A stretch of 64,000 bases of DNA from the human T2T-CHM13v2.0 reference genome, Homo sapiens: assembly GCF_009914755.1 (NCBI RefSeq), contig NC_060928.1, one strand, 5' to 3'. The notes under the pieces were generated by a model, which saw only the letters and a program-made list of their open reading frames with translations, did not search any database and was not told the DNA's origin. A program made the translations under genes and the position numbers. This document shows, one piece after another, positions 1-16,576 of this stretch. The stretch's first letter is position 1. The number at the start of each line of letters is the position of its first letter.

Positions 1-2712
<2,712 letters not shown>

Positions 2713-2719
2713 TATATGA

Positions 2720-2948
2720 ATTCTGGCTAGGAGGCTTCTCGTTCTGCTCAAATTGTTACAAAGTTCAGCTAGAGAAGACCTTCCCGTGAAGTTTTACCCC
2801 CTGCTCCTCTGGCCATCCTCCTGATGGATGCCTGTGGTGCCAGGCAGGAATGGGCTACTTGGGGATCCAGCGAGCTCCCCGTGCCTTTCTGCTACTTCCT
2901 CTACCTCTGTATTTCACTCAGCTCAGCTGTCTAACTTGACTCAGCTCT
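2720..2948 (-). mobile_element. Antisense fragment of an L1PB-type 5'UTR fused to the pseudogene 5' end
   Basis: Its reverse complement is colinear with the L1 5'UTR at ~16877-17110 (GAGCTGA...GCAG...CAGCTGA.CTT..TAA.AATTT). Confidence 0.7.
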
Positions 2949-4388
<1,440 letters not shown>

Positions 4389-4529
4389 ATATGTATACAT
4401 GGAATCTCTATATAGAGAGTCTCTAGCTCTATATGTATATATGTAACATATATACATATATGTTACATATATACATATATTGTTGGAAAAAAGAAAATGT
4501 GTATATATATGTGTTATATATAACGTATA

Positions 4530-5514
4530 TATATTTCAATATTTGTAAGTATTATTTTATAATTATTTTGTAAGTATTATTTTTGCATTATTTCAATATT
4601 TGTAAGTATTGATCTTTTGGAAAAGTTTAATGAAATTTCTTATATAATTCTGCATTCAATTTATTCCCAGGTCAATTTGCTATTATACATTTACATGCCA
4701 CATTTTTATGAATAGACATTTTCTCAAATTTCTGAATTATTTTGCTAAACTATGTGCTAAGAGTTTTTTCTAGAGGTCCACCTTCTTGACTCACTTTTCT
4801 GATGAGAAATCTATCAGGTTTCTCTACAGTGATTTTCAGGTTTGATAGCTCCTCAATGTGAGAAACTTAATGTCAACTAAGAAATGAATTACCACTGAAG
4901 AGTTTTCTCATTTCAAGATGCTGACTGTGTTTTGTCCAGTGTGAAATTTGACATGTGCCACAAGTGTTGCTCTATGAAGAAAGGATTTCTCATGATTTTT
5001 CATTGCATAATTTCTCCAGTAATAAGTATTTGGTATTTCAAGAGAATTCATTGCTCTCGGTAAGATTTTCCTTTCTTATTTAGCTTATAAAGGCTTTCCT
5101 CTCTTATTTTCCATTTTAGCAACATTTTATCACTGTGTTTTCTTGTGAACATCAAAACTGGTGCTTGGCTGAATGTTTAGTCACAGAAAATACAAATAAA
5201 GGGTTCATCCAAGTAAAGCTTTCTTATGTTATTTGACAATAAATTGCAAATAAAAAACATTTTCACACTGAATGCAGAGCTAGAGATTCTCTACCTGAAA
5301 GTCCCACATGTTTTAAGTCAAAGCTGTTGCTTAAGACTTTTAGTTTATTATGTTGACAGTTTCAGCTCTCTCATGTCAATTATGATCAGATCACTAACAA
5401 GTCTTTGCTACATACATGCCTTACAATTTCTCTTCCATTCATTGATGTGGACTGAAGAATAAAGGTAACTGAAGTATATTCCATGTTGACTACAGTATTT
5501 CCTCAAGATGTGAG
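4530..5514 (-). pseudogene. Inverted 3'UTR segment of the same ZNF705-like retrocopy
   Basis: 5276-5514 is the reverse complement of 4150-4388 (8 mismatches by eye). The remainder shows degenerate zinc-finger linker remnants on the minus strand (e.g. CACACTGGA, ACTGGAGAA). Confidence 0.75.
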
Positions 5515-5594
5515 GAGATACATATACATATATATATACATGTATACACATATATATACATGTATACATATATACGTAGTATATAATCACTGAT

Positions 5595-6187
5595 TATATA
5601 CATACGCGTATACATGTATATACACACATGTATATACATACGCGTATACATGTATATACACACATGTATATACATACGCGTATACATGTATATACACACA
5701 TGTATATACATACGCGTATACATGTATATACACACATGTATATACATACGCGTATACATGTATATACACACATGTATATACATACGCGTATACATGTATA
5801 TGCACACATGTATATACATACGCGTATACATGTATATGCACACATGTATATACATACGCGTATACATGTATATGCACACATGTATATACATACGCGTATA
5901 CATGTATATGCACACATGTATATACATACGCGTATACATGTATATGCACACATGTATATACATACGCGTATACATGTATATGCACACATGTATATACATA
6001 CGCGTATACATGTATATGCACACATGTATATACATACGCGTATACATGTATATGCACACATGTATATACATACGCGTATACATGTATATGCACACATGTA
6101 TATACATACGCGTATACATGTATATACACACATGTATATACATACGCGTATACATGTATACACACATGTATATACATACGCGTATAC

Positions 6188-6221
<34 letters not shown>
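5595..6221. repeat. 36-bp minisatellite (~16.5 units) plus (TA)n(CA)n, strictly alternating purine/pyrimidine
   Basis: Unit CATACGCGTATACATGTATAT(A/G)CACACATGTATATA from 5601. It produces the 12-aa periodic ORFs in all six frames. Confidence 0.97.
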
Positions 6222-6222
<1 letters not shown>

Positions 6223-6612
6223 ATGGAATACTACTCAGCCGTGAAAAAGGAACAAAATAATGGCATTTGCTGCAACATGGCTGGAATTGGAGACCATTAT
6301 TCTAAGTGAAGTAACTCAGAAAGAGAAAACCAAATATCACATGTTCCCACTCATCTGTGGGAGCTAAACTCTTTGGATGCAAAGGCATAAGAATGATACA
6401 TTGGACTTTGGGGACTTGGGGGAAAGGGTGGGGGGTGACAAGGGATAAAAGACTACACATTGATAAAGTGTACACTGCTCAGGTGATGGGTGCACCAAAA
6501 TCCCAGAAATCACCACTGAAGAAATTATTCATGTAACCAAACACCACCTGTTCCCCCAAAACCTATTAAAATAAGTAAATAATAAATCAATCAATAAATA
6601 AAATAAATAAAA
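6222..6612 (+). mobile_element. 3' end of the L1PB-like element begun at 1-2712
   Basis: ATGGAATACTACTCAGCC...GATGGGTGCACCAAAATC..AGAAATCACCACT followed by an A-rich tail. Closely parallels 31628-31985. Confidence 0.9.
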
Positions 6613-7719
6613 TTATGTTTGTTTTAGATGTGCTTTTTGGAAGCAGCAAAGGTTTTTTAAGCAGTTGTTTTTTAACCATATTTGGAGAACTCTGTTTTAA
6701 CTGGGTAGTATAACTCATTTAAATTTATTATCAGGACTGATATCATTTGTGTTGTTATGCTATCTGCGGGTATTGTTTCTTTTTTCTTTCTTGCTGTTTT
6801 CTTTCTATTTTTCAGGTTTCTATGCCACTTCCTCTGTTTTCTGTCATTTGCTCTTTGGGTTGATTTTATCTTCTGCAGCTTTGGAAGATATCAACTCTCT
6901 TTTAAGTTCTATTGATATTAGTGTTTAAAAATTATTCTTTTTCATTCTTTACTAACTTTCACATAAGATTTTAAAAAGTAACTATCTTTTTGCTTTCTCC
7001 CAGTTCACATTTTTCTCACTTAGTCATAGTCTTTCTTCATGTTATCTGGACATTCAGATCCACATTAATGTGATTTGATTCTATATGTAGTTTTTCCACT
7101 GTCTTCTTTTAAGAACAATTTCCAATGTTTGCATTTCATTTTTACAACCAAACTTACAACAATTATTTAAATCTAATGCGATGGTTGATTTTACGTGTCA
7201 ACTTGACACATATTTTTTAGTCTACTCTTACATTCTGCAAAACCTTCTCAAGTAAGTCCACCACATCACTGATTAAATTTTTTTGTTATAACAAGTCTGC
7301 TTTTACTAACTACATTGTTGATTTTAATTCTATTGCATTTTTCATTTTCATGACAATTTCCTCTTCTCTGGCAGCTGATTTTATCTCCAGCACATTTCTG
7401 TACATTTCACACTACTATGTCTTTAGGTTAATTTCTACTCTCCTCTTGGCTTTCTGTTCCAGTTTCATAAAGATTATCTTACTGTTTTAATAACTGCCAA
7501 GATGTTTACCAAAATATTTTCCTGGTTCTAGTAGTAAATCATTTAAAAAATATGTACTCCCTCTCTGAATCATCGGAGAAAAAAATCAGCTTTTCTTGTC
7601 ATTTTCTTTTTAAAAGCATACACAGAAGTTTTTTTCCCTCTCCAATTCCATGAAAAAAGAATTTTTTCCATGTAAATACCAACATTCAAAGTCCATGATC
7701 CTACCTCACCCCTTAGGCT

Positions 7720-8173
<454 letters not shown>

Positions 8174-8366
8174 TAGGCTGTCAACTTCAACTTCTTTGAA
8201 CTTCTCATCCCACAGAATATGTAAAATTAATGGTCCAAAGCTTTCCTAATATCTATGCTAAGTACATCTAGTTTCTTTTAGGACTGCACTTCTCTGTATG
8301 TAATGAGTCACTATCATTCACACTACCCTCTGCCTAACATGCTCGCCAAAACTCCATATATCCTGT

Positions 8367-10666
8367 TGCTATGATCTAAATGTTGATGTCCCCCAGAAAA
8401 ACCATGTGCTGGAACCTAATGCCTAATGTGGTAGTATTAAGAGGTAGCGCCTTTTGAGGAAGTGATTAAGTCATAAGGATTTCAACCTAATGAATGGGGT
8501 CAGTGCTATAACAGAGCTGCCTTGCCCTTTCCACCACATGAGGACACAATAAGAAGGCATCATCTTTGAAGCAGGGAAGGAGCTAACATCAGACACTGAA
8601 TCTGTTCATGCCTTAATCTTGAACTTCCCAGACCCTCAAAGGTTGAGCACTAAATTTCTGTTCCTAAACCACCCAACCTAAGATTTTTTTTATAGCAGCA
8701 TAAATGAACTAAGATAGAAATTGGTACTGAGAAGTGGAGTGCTGCTTTAACAAATACCTAAAAATGTGGAAGTGGCTTTGGAACTGGGTAATGAGCAGAG
8801 TCTGGAAGGATTTGGAGGAAGAGGCTGAAAAAAAAAGCCTGTTTTGCTGGAATGGACAGTAAAGCGATATTCTGATATTCTGGTGAGGGCTCAGAAGAAA
8901 AGGAGAGCTGTTAAGAAACCTCAGTCTTCTTAGACTTTATCTAAGTGGTTGTGACCAGAATATTGACAGAAATATGGATGTTAAAGGCCATTCTGATGAG
9001 GTCTCAGATGGAAGGAACACATTGTTAGAAACTGAAGAAAAAACCATTCTTGTATAAAGTGGCAACAACTTGGCTGAATTGTGTTTATCTCCTAGTGCTT
9101 TGTGGAAGGTAGAACTTGGAAACGATGAAATATTTGGAAGAAATCTCTAAGCGAAGTGCGAAGAGTGCAGCATGGCTTGGCTTCTGTTGACTGCTTACAC
9201 TAAAATATGAGAAGAGAAAAACTAACCAAAGATGGAATTTATAACAAACAAGGAAGTAGACCTTAAAGATTTGCAAAATTCTCAGCCTGGCCATGTTGTA
9301 AAGAATGAAAAATTGTGTTCAGGGCGAACAGCAAGGGTGTGGCCAAGTCACTATTTGAAAAGGATATTTAGTATGGATGGGCAGAAGCTTGCTTGCTTCT
9401 ATTCATCAAGGCAATGGGAGAATGGGCCTGAAAACATTTCCGAGATCTTCAGCAGCTGCCCTGTCCATTACAGGCCCAGAATACCAGGGCCTTGAGAACA
9501 GAAATATTTCAAACTTCTGCCCCTCTCATTCTGGTGCAGCACTCCTTCAACCCCTCAGCTGTGGCTCAAATGGGCCCAAGAGCAGCTCAGGTTTCTCCTC
9601 TGTGCAGATGCACAGGCAGTAAACCTTGGTGGCATCTGCACAGTGCCACCTCACCAGAGTGCTTGAGCTGTGAGGACATGGCTACCTCCACCTAGATTTC
9701 AAAGGATTACCCAGAGAGCCTCAGAGCCACTGCAGAGAGTCCTCACTAGAGCAATGTCTAGAGGAGCCACAGAGGCAGAGTCTCTTCTGAGACCCCCCAA
9801 AAATAGAGCCACCAGCAAGCAACTCCAAACAATGACAACTACAGCATGGGCTGCACCCGGCAAAGCCATGAGGGCAGGGCTGTTCAGACCTGTGAGGCCC
9901 AGCCTCTACCCCTGTGTGTCTGGAAGATGAGATATCAAGTCAAAGAAGATTATTCTGGAGTCTTAAGGTTTAACGTTTGCCCTATTGGGTTTTGGATTTG
10001 GTTGGAACCTGCTATCCCCTTTTTAAAAAAAATCCTTCCTTTTGAAATGGAAATGTCTATCCTATGCCTGTCCCATCATTGTATTTTGGAAGTATATAAC
10101 ATGTTTGATTTCACAGCTGGAGAGTAACTTGCCTCAGGATAAATCATACCTTGAGTCTCAGCCATCTCCGATTTAGTTGATATTAAGATGAGACCGAGTT
10201 TTAGACTTTTGAGTTGGTACTGGAACAAGTTAAAATTCTGGGGGCTATTGGGATGGAACAAATATATGCTCCATGTGAGGGGGCCATGAATTATAGGGGG
10301 CCAGGAACAGAATGTCATAGTCTAAATGTTGACATCCCCCCAAAATTCACGTTGAAACCTATTATCTAATGTGATAGTATTATGAGGTGCAGCCTTTTGG
10401 GGGAGTGATTAAATCACAATGGCTGTGGCCTCATGAATGGGATTAGTGCCCTTACAAAAGAGATGGAAGTGCACTGCCTTACTTTCTTCTATGTGAGGAC
10501 ACAGCAACAAGACATCATCTCTAGATCAGAGAGTGAACCCTTTCCAGATACTGAGTCTATTGGCACTTTAGTCTTGCACTCCTCAGCCTCCAGAAGTGTG
10601 AGCAATAAATTTCTATTGTTTATCCGTTACTCAGTCTATGATATTTTGTCCAGAAGAACTAAGAAA
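8367..10666 (+). mobile_element. Full-length MaLR provirus (MLT1A/MST-type): LTR 8367-8716, internal 8717-10312, LTR 10313-10666
   Basis: Two related LTRs (TG..AT..TCTAAATGTTGA...GAACTAAGA). Internal region starts GAAATTGGTAC. Purine-rich tract precedes the 3' LTR. Flanks CCTGT/ACTGT give a 4/5 TSD. Confidence 0.85.
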
Positions 10667-11076
10667 ACTGTCTTGTTTTTTTCTAAATGAATATATAAAG
10701 ATTACAGTTTTAACATGGATATATAAAGACAGATACCAATGGAACAAGACAGGGTTTGAACAATCCTCTGAATACCTCAAAAATAATGCCTGGGTTGTAA
10801 AGAAACAGCCCTCGTCACTTTTTATTCATTGGTAGAGAATCAAAGTTGTATTTGAGAGGGGAGCTGTTAGTAGCTTTCTCTACCTACTTGCAAGATGTAG
10901 GTATATTCCATTTCAAGAGGAAAAACAATAAAATACAAACAGATCAAAACCACTCATACTGGCCATGAATTGTGAATGGTGTTATTATTATTTGAATAAC
11001 CTTAAAAAACTGTCAGGCTTAGTTTTCAATGTTATGAGTTTTTATCCTCTTCTGTGTCTTCATAAATATACATATA

Positions 11077-11180
11077 TTTTGAGACAGGGTCTCACTATGC
11101 TGTCCAGGTTGGTCTTAAATTCCTGTGCTCAAGCGATGCTCCTGCCTCAGCCTCTGGAGTAGCTGATATTATAGGCATCC
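11077..11180 (-). mobile_element. Monomeric old Alu (FLAM/FRAM-like)
   Basis: TTTTGAGACAGGGTCTCACTATG...CCTGCCTCAGCCTC, single arm. Confidence 0.75.
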
Positions 11181-11344
11181 GTAAATATTTTTGCAAGGAA
11201 TTCAGAGAGTTACTGAAACAATACCTGCTAGCCAGATGCCATTTAAATTTAAGACTCTTGCTCAATATTTAAAATAATACTGAAAAATTAACATTTTATT
11301 TTTTCTTCTTATCATTATTGTTGTTGTAGTTCTTGCTGCAGAGT

Positions 11345-11560
11345 AATAATCATAGCTATGACTTGTTGAGTATTTTTTTTAAATCAGGCAGGCATTGTGA
11401 GCACACTGTATGAACTTTTTCTAATTCTTGTAATATCATAATTACTAATCTCACTTTCCATAAAGAAATTGAAGTTCAATGAGTTTAGATAACTTGCCCA
11501 AATCATACTGCTATTAAGTTGTAATGCTAAGCTCATAATCAAATGGCTTTGACTCCAATC
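11345..11560 (-). mobile_element. MIR
   Basis: Core similarity AAGAAATTGAAGTTCAATGAGTTTAGATAACTTGCCCAAATCATAC. Confidence 0.7.
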
Positions 11561-13416
11561 CCATCCCTGTCTCACATGATGATACCTCACCCAGCAAAGG
11601 ATTCTATGGCTATAGGAACACAACTGCCGTCATTCCCATTGAATTTTTTCTTGCATGTAAATTTCAGCACAACAAGCGTTTTTTTTAATAGTACAACCTG
11701 CACAAGTTGCCAACAAATCTCACTAGTAATATACATGGGAGAAGAGGAGACAGCAATTGATAATACAACTAAATCAGGTAAATCAATACAAGATTTTTGA
11801 TCTAGCATTAATGTCTGCACAGATGCATGTTTGATGTAAGCCTGTAATGCTGGTTCTGGTAGTAAAACGATAGTATTTTTTCAATTCATCATGTAATTAA
11901 ATGAGGTATTTCCTGCAACCAACTTCCTTCCTTCAGCAGGATTTAAGCTTTTTGATGAAAGGATGTTAACTGTTTGAGGGAGCAGAGTTTACTATCCACA
12001 TCCTTTCAGTTAATACCCAGATTTAGAATTATTGAGAACAAATGTTTGAATCATCTCTATAAACTATAAATTAGATAATTCTATAAAATAATTGATTTTA
12101 AAGGACCAGATCTTTAACTCTTTACCACATTTCTCTTCCTTGTTTTTTCTTTTTAAATCTAAACTCTAAACAGCATGTAAAGTATTGTAAGAGCTTGCAT
12201 TTCTACCTCAAATATGCCATAAAGGGCTCTATAAAAAAAGAGGCTGAAAATATATACTCCACTTTAAAATGAGTACACACATAGGTTGTTCTGAATCGCA
12301 GTTGGTAGGTCTTTAGAGATAAAAGTTATTTTAATGGGTTAAAGCCTCTCCTTTCACCTATGACAAAACTATAATCTGTGGTGAGGGATGTCAAATATAT
12401 TGGTAAGGTGCTATTACCACAGACCCTGCAGACAACAAAAGGTAATAAGGGAATACTATCAACAACTCTACACACAAATTTGGCAACTTAGATAAAATGG
12501 ATCAATTTCTTAAAAGTGCAAACTACCACAACTCACTCAGTATGAAACTTTGAATAGCCAAATAACTACTTACAAAATTAAATTCATAATTTTGAGACTT
12601 AAAAAAAGAAAAGAAAGAAATCTCCAACCCCAGAGAGTTTCACTGGAGAATTTGAACAAAGAGCGAAAGAATTAGCCCCAATTTTACACAATTTCTCCAG
12701 GAAATAAAAGAAGAATGAATGCTTCTTAATTCATTTTGTGAAGGTAGTGTTACACTGATACCAAAACCAAAGACAGCACACACACACACACAACACACAA
12801 TGAACTATAGACCAATATCTTTCATGAATATAAACATGAAATATTTGGAAAATAGATTCAGTAATATCTAAAAAAAATTATATGCTATTACAAAGTGTGA
12901 TTTATCCCTGGGATGCTAGACTGCTTTAATATTTAAAATCAATCAATGTAATATGTCATATAAAAATTACATGATCATATCAACTGATGAAACAAAATCA
13001 TTTGGCAAAATTCAACACCCATTCATGATTTTAAAAAAACAACACTCAGAAAAATAGAAATACAGGGAAGTTTTCTCAATTTGACAAAGAGCATCTGTAA
13101 GAAAACCTACAATTTCCATTATACTTAATAGTGAAAAACTGAATTCTTTCCCCCTAAGACTGGGAGCAAGGCAAAGATCCCACTCTCTCCACTCTTATTC
13201 AACATAGTGCTACAAGTTCTAGCCAGCGCATCATGGCTAGAAAATGAAATAAAAGGTATACAGACCAAAAAGAAAGAAAGAAAACTGTTTCTATTTGCAG
13301 ATAACATGATTGTTTACATAGAAAATCCCAAGGAATCTGTAAAAAGAACTCCTAGAACTAATAAATGAGTTGAGAAAAGTCACAGGGTACAAGATATACA
13401 TTCAAAAATCAACTGT

Positions 13417-13740
13417 TGTGGAGCACAGAGGATTGGGGGCAGTGAAAATATTCTGTATGATACTATCTTGGTGGATCTATGCAATTATACATTTGTCCAA
13501 ACCCATAGAATGTACAACATTAAGAGTGAACCTTAATGTAAACTACGGACTTTGGGTGACGATGTGTCAGTGTAGGTTGATCAGTTGTAACAAATGCACC
13601 ACTCTAGCCGGGATGTCAGTAACAGAGGAGCCTATTATGCATGTGTAGGAGCAGGGGGTATATGAGAAATCTCTTTACCTTCCTCTCAATTTTGCTGTGA
13701 ACCTAAATCTGCTGTGAAAAAAAAATTGTCTGTTTAAAAA
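13417..13740 (+). mobile_element. 5'-truncated L1MC-type 3' end nested in the L1M
   Basis: CATTTGTCCAAACCCATAGAATGTACAAC...CAATTTTGCTGTGAACCTAAA then an A tail. The host L1 resumes afterwards. Confidence 0.75.
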
Positions 13741-14351
13741 TTAATTTTATTTCCATATATTAGCAATGAACACTGAAATTAAAAATATGATATTTACAAT
13801 CACTCAAAAAAAAAGAAACAGGTGTAAATCTAACAAAACATGTATAGGATTTACATGCTGAAAACTATAAAATGCTAAAGAAAAAACTCCAGAAGATCTA
13901 AATAAATGAGCAGCCAATGAGGATTGGAAGACTCAACATAGTAAATATGTCAGTTCTCCCCAAATTGATATACAGGTTTAATATATTTCCTATCAAAATC
14001 CCAGCAAGACTTTTAATAGGTACAGAAAAAATTCTAAAATATAACAAAAATATAGAGGAACTAGATAAAAAAGGACAAATTATTCCAAAAATTATATATG
14101 GAAAGGCAAAATAATTAAAATAGCTAAAAAAAACTTTGAAAAAGAATTTTAAAAACGGGAAGAAACAGTCTACCTAATTCCGACATTTTATAGCTATAGT
14201 AATCAAGATTGTGAGTTATTGTAAGTAAGACAGATATATAGATAAAGGGAACAAAATAGAGAAACCAGAAATAAATTCATAAATTCACAGAAATATGCCC
14301 ACTTGACTTTAGACAAACGTGCACAAGCAATTCAATAGAGAAAAGATAGTC

Positions 14352-14646
<295 letters not shown>

Positions 14647-15497
14647 TAAGATAGCCTTTTCAATAAATTGTTCCAGAACAATTAGATATCCATAGGCCAA
14701 AAAAAAAAAAAAAAATGAACCTTGACCAAAGTTAAAAATTAACTCAAAGTGGATCATGCACTTGCATGTAAAATGTAAACTATAAAACTTAAAAAAAACA
14801 CACACAGGGGAAAATCTTTGGGATCTAGGGTTAGGCAAAAAGTCCCTAGACTTGACACCAAAAATATGATCTATGAATGGAAAAAAATGATACATTGGAC
14901 TTCATCAAAATATAAATCTTTGGCTCTAGAAAAGACTGAGTTAAGAGGATGAAAAGTCAAGCTACAGGCTGAGAGAATATATTTACAAATCACATGGCCA
15001 CCAAAGGACTAGTATCTGGAATACAAAAAGAACTCTCAAAACTCAGTGTAAACACTCAATCCAATTAGAAATGAATGAAAGTCATAAATGGAAACTTCAC
15101 TGAAGAGGATAAATAGATGGTAAGTAAGCACATGAAAATATGTGCAACTTCATCAGCCCTTAAGGCTGTGTGAACTAAAATCACAATGAAATACCACTGC
15201 ATACCTATGAGAACAGCTAAAATAAAAAATAGTGACAACACCAAATACTAGTGAGGGTGTGAAGAAACTGGATCACTCAGGTGTCACTGCTTGGGATGTA
15301 AAATGGTACAGCCACTCTGGAAAGCAGTTTAGTAGTTTAGCAGTTTCTTTAAAAACTAAACATGCAACTACCCTATGATCTACCAATTACACTCCTGGGT
15401 ATTTATTCCATATAAATGAAACTTTATGTTCACACAAACACCTGTAAAAGAATGTTTATAGAAGATTTATTTGCAATAGCCAAAAAGTAGAAACATC

Positions 15498-15786
15498 AGA
15501 CATGGTGGCTCACACCTGTAATCTCAACCACTGGAGAGGCTGAGGCAGGAGGATTGCCTGAGGCTGGGAGAGATTTGTCTTGGCAACATAGCAAGACCGT
15601 GTCTCTAAATAGTTTTTTTAATTAGCAGGGTGTGGTGGTGTCTGTAGGACCAGCTACTTGGGAGACTGAGGTGAGAGGATTGCTTGAGCCTAGAAGTTCA
15701 AAGCTGTAGTAAACTACAATCATGGCAACCTGTATACTTCAACCTAGGCAACAGAGAGACATCTGGTCTCTAAAAAAACAAAAAAA
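15498..15786 (+). mobile_element. Diverged AluJ
   Basis: GGTGGCTCACACCTGTAATC start; TSD AAAAAGTAGAAACA on both sides. Confidence 0.85.
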
Positions 15787-16292
15787 GTAGAAACAGCTCA
15801 GATGTTCTTCAATGTGTAAATGGGTATACAAACTGGAACAGCTGTACCATAAAATACTACCCAGCAATAACAAAGAATGAACTGTTGATACACACAACCA
15901 CCTGGATGAATCTCCAGGGATTTGTACTAAGTGAAAAAGAAACAATTCTGAAAGATCATACATTGTATAATTATATTCACATATCTGATGTAACAAAATT
16001 ATAGAAGTGAAGAACAGATTAGTGACTGCTAAGGGTTAAAGAGGGATGGAAGAGGAAGAGAAGTGGGTGTAGCTGTGAAAGAGCATCAGGAGAGAGCCTG
16101 TAGTGATGGAAATGTTCTGTATCTTGAATGTATCAGTGTCAACATCCTGGCTATAATATTGTACTATAGTTTTGCAAAATATTACATTGAGGGAAACTAG
16201 GTGAAAGCTACACAAGATCTCTGTGTATTCTTCCTCACAGTTGTATGTGAATCTACAGTTGCGTCAAAATGAAACATAATTTTTTTAAAAAA

Positions 16293-16576
16293 GGGTAAGA
16301 AGGAAATATTATGAACACTTTTATGACTACAAATTCAATAACTTAGAGGAATTGGCAAATTTTTTTAAAGACATTAACTACCAATAATCACTCAAGAAAA
16401 ATAGAGAGTATGAAGAGTGGAATATCTATTAAACTGAAATTATACTTTAAAATCTTTTAACAACAACCAAAAAATCCAGGTAAAGAGAGCTTCACTAGAG
16501 AAGTTTACTAAGCATTTGTAGAAAGAAAAAATAATGCAATATCTATACACAAACACACAGACATAAAAAAATGGAA
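16293..16576 (+). mobile_element. Old L1M ORF2 fragment; continues at ~31990
   Basis: Decayed ORF2 sequence ends at GGAAGAG and picks up as AGAAGAGGAGAGAACACTTTTCAATTCATTC after the L1PB. Confidence 0.65.

Noticed and set aside
5601-6190. 36-bp repeat array resembling CRISPR repeat length
   Set aside because: Units are head-to-tail with no unique spacers and no cas genes; eukaryotic context.
5490-6309. Five overlapping 207-244 aa ORFs
   Set aside because: Artefacts of the stop-free 36-bp purine/pyrimidine repeat (12-aa periodicity).
6620-7700. T-rich stretch, probably an ancient antisense L1
   Set aside because: Too diverged to bound or assign by eye.
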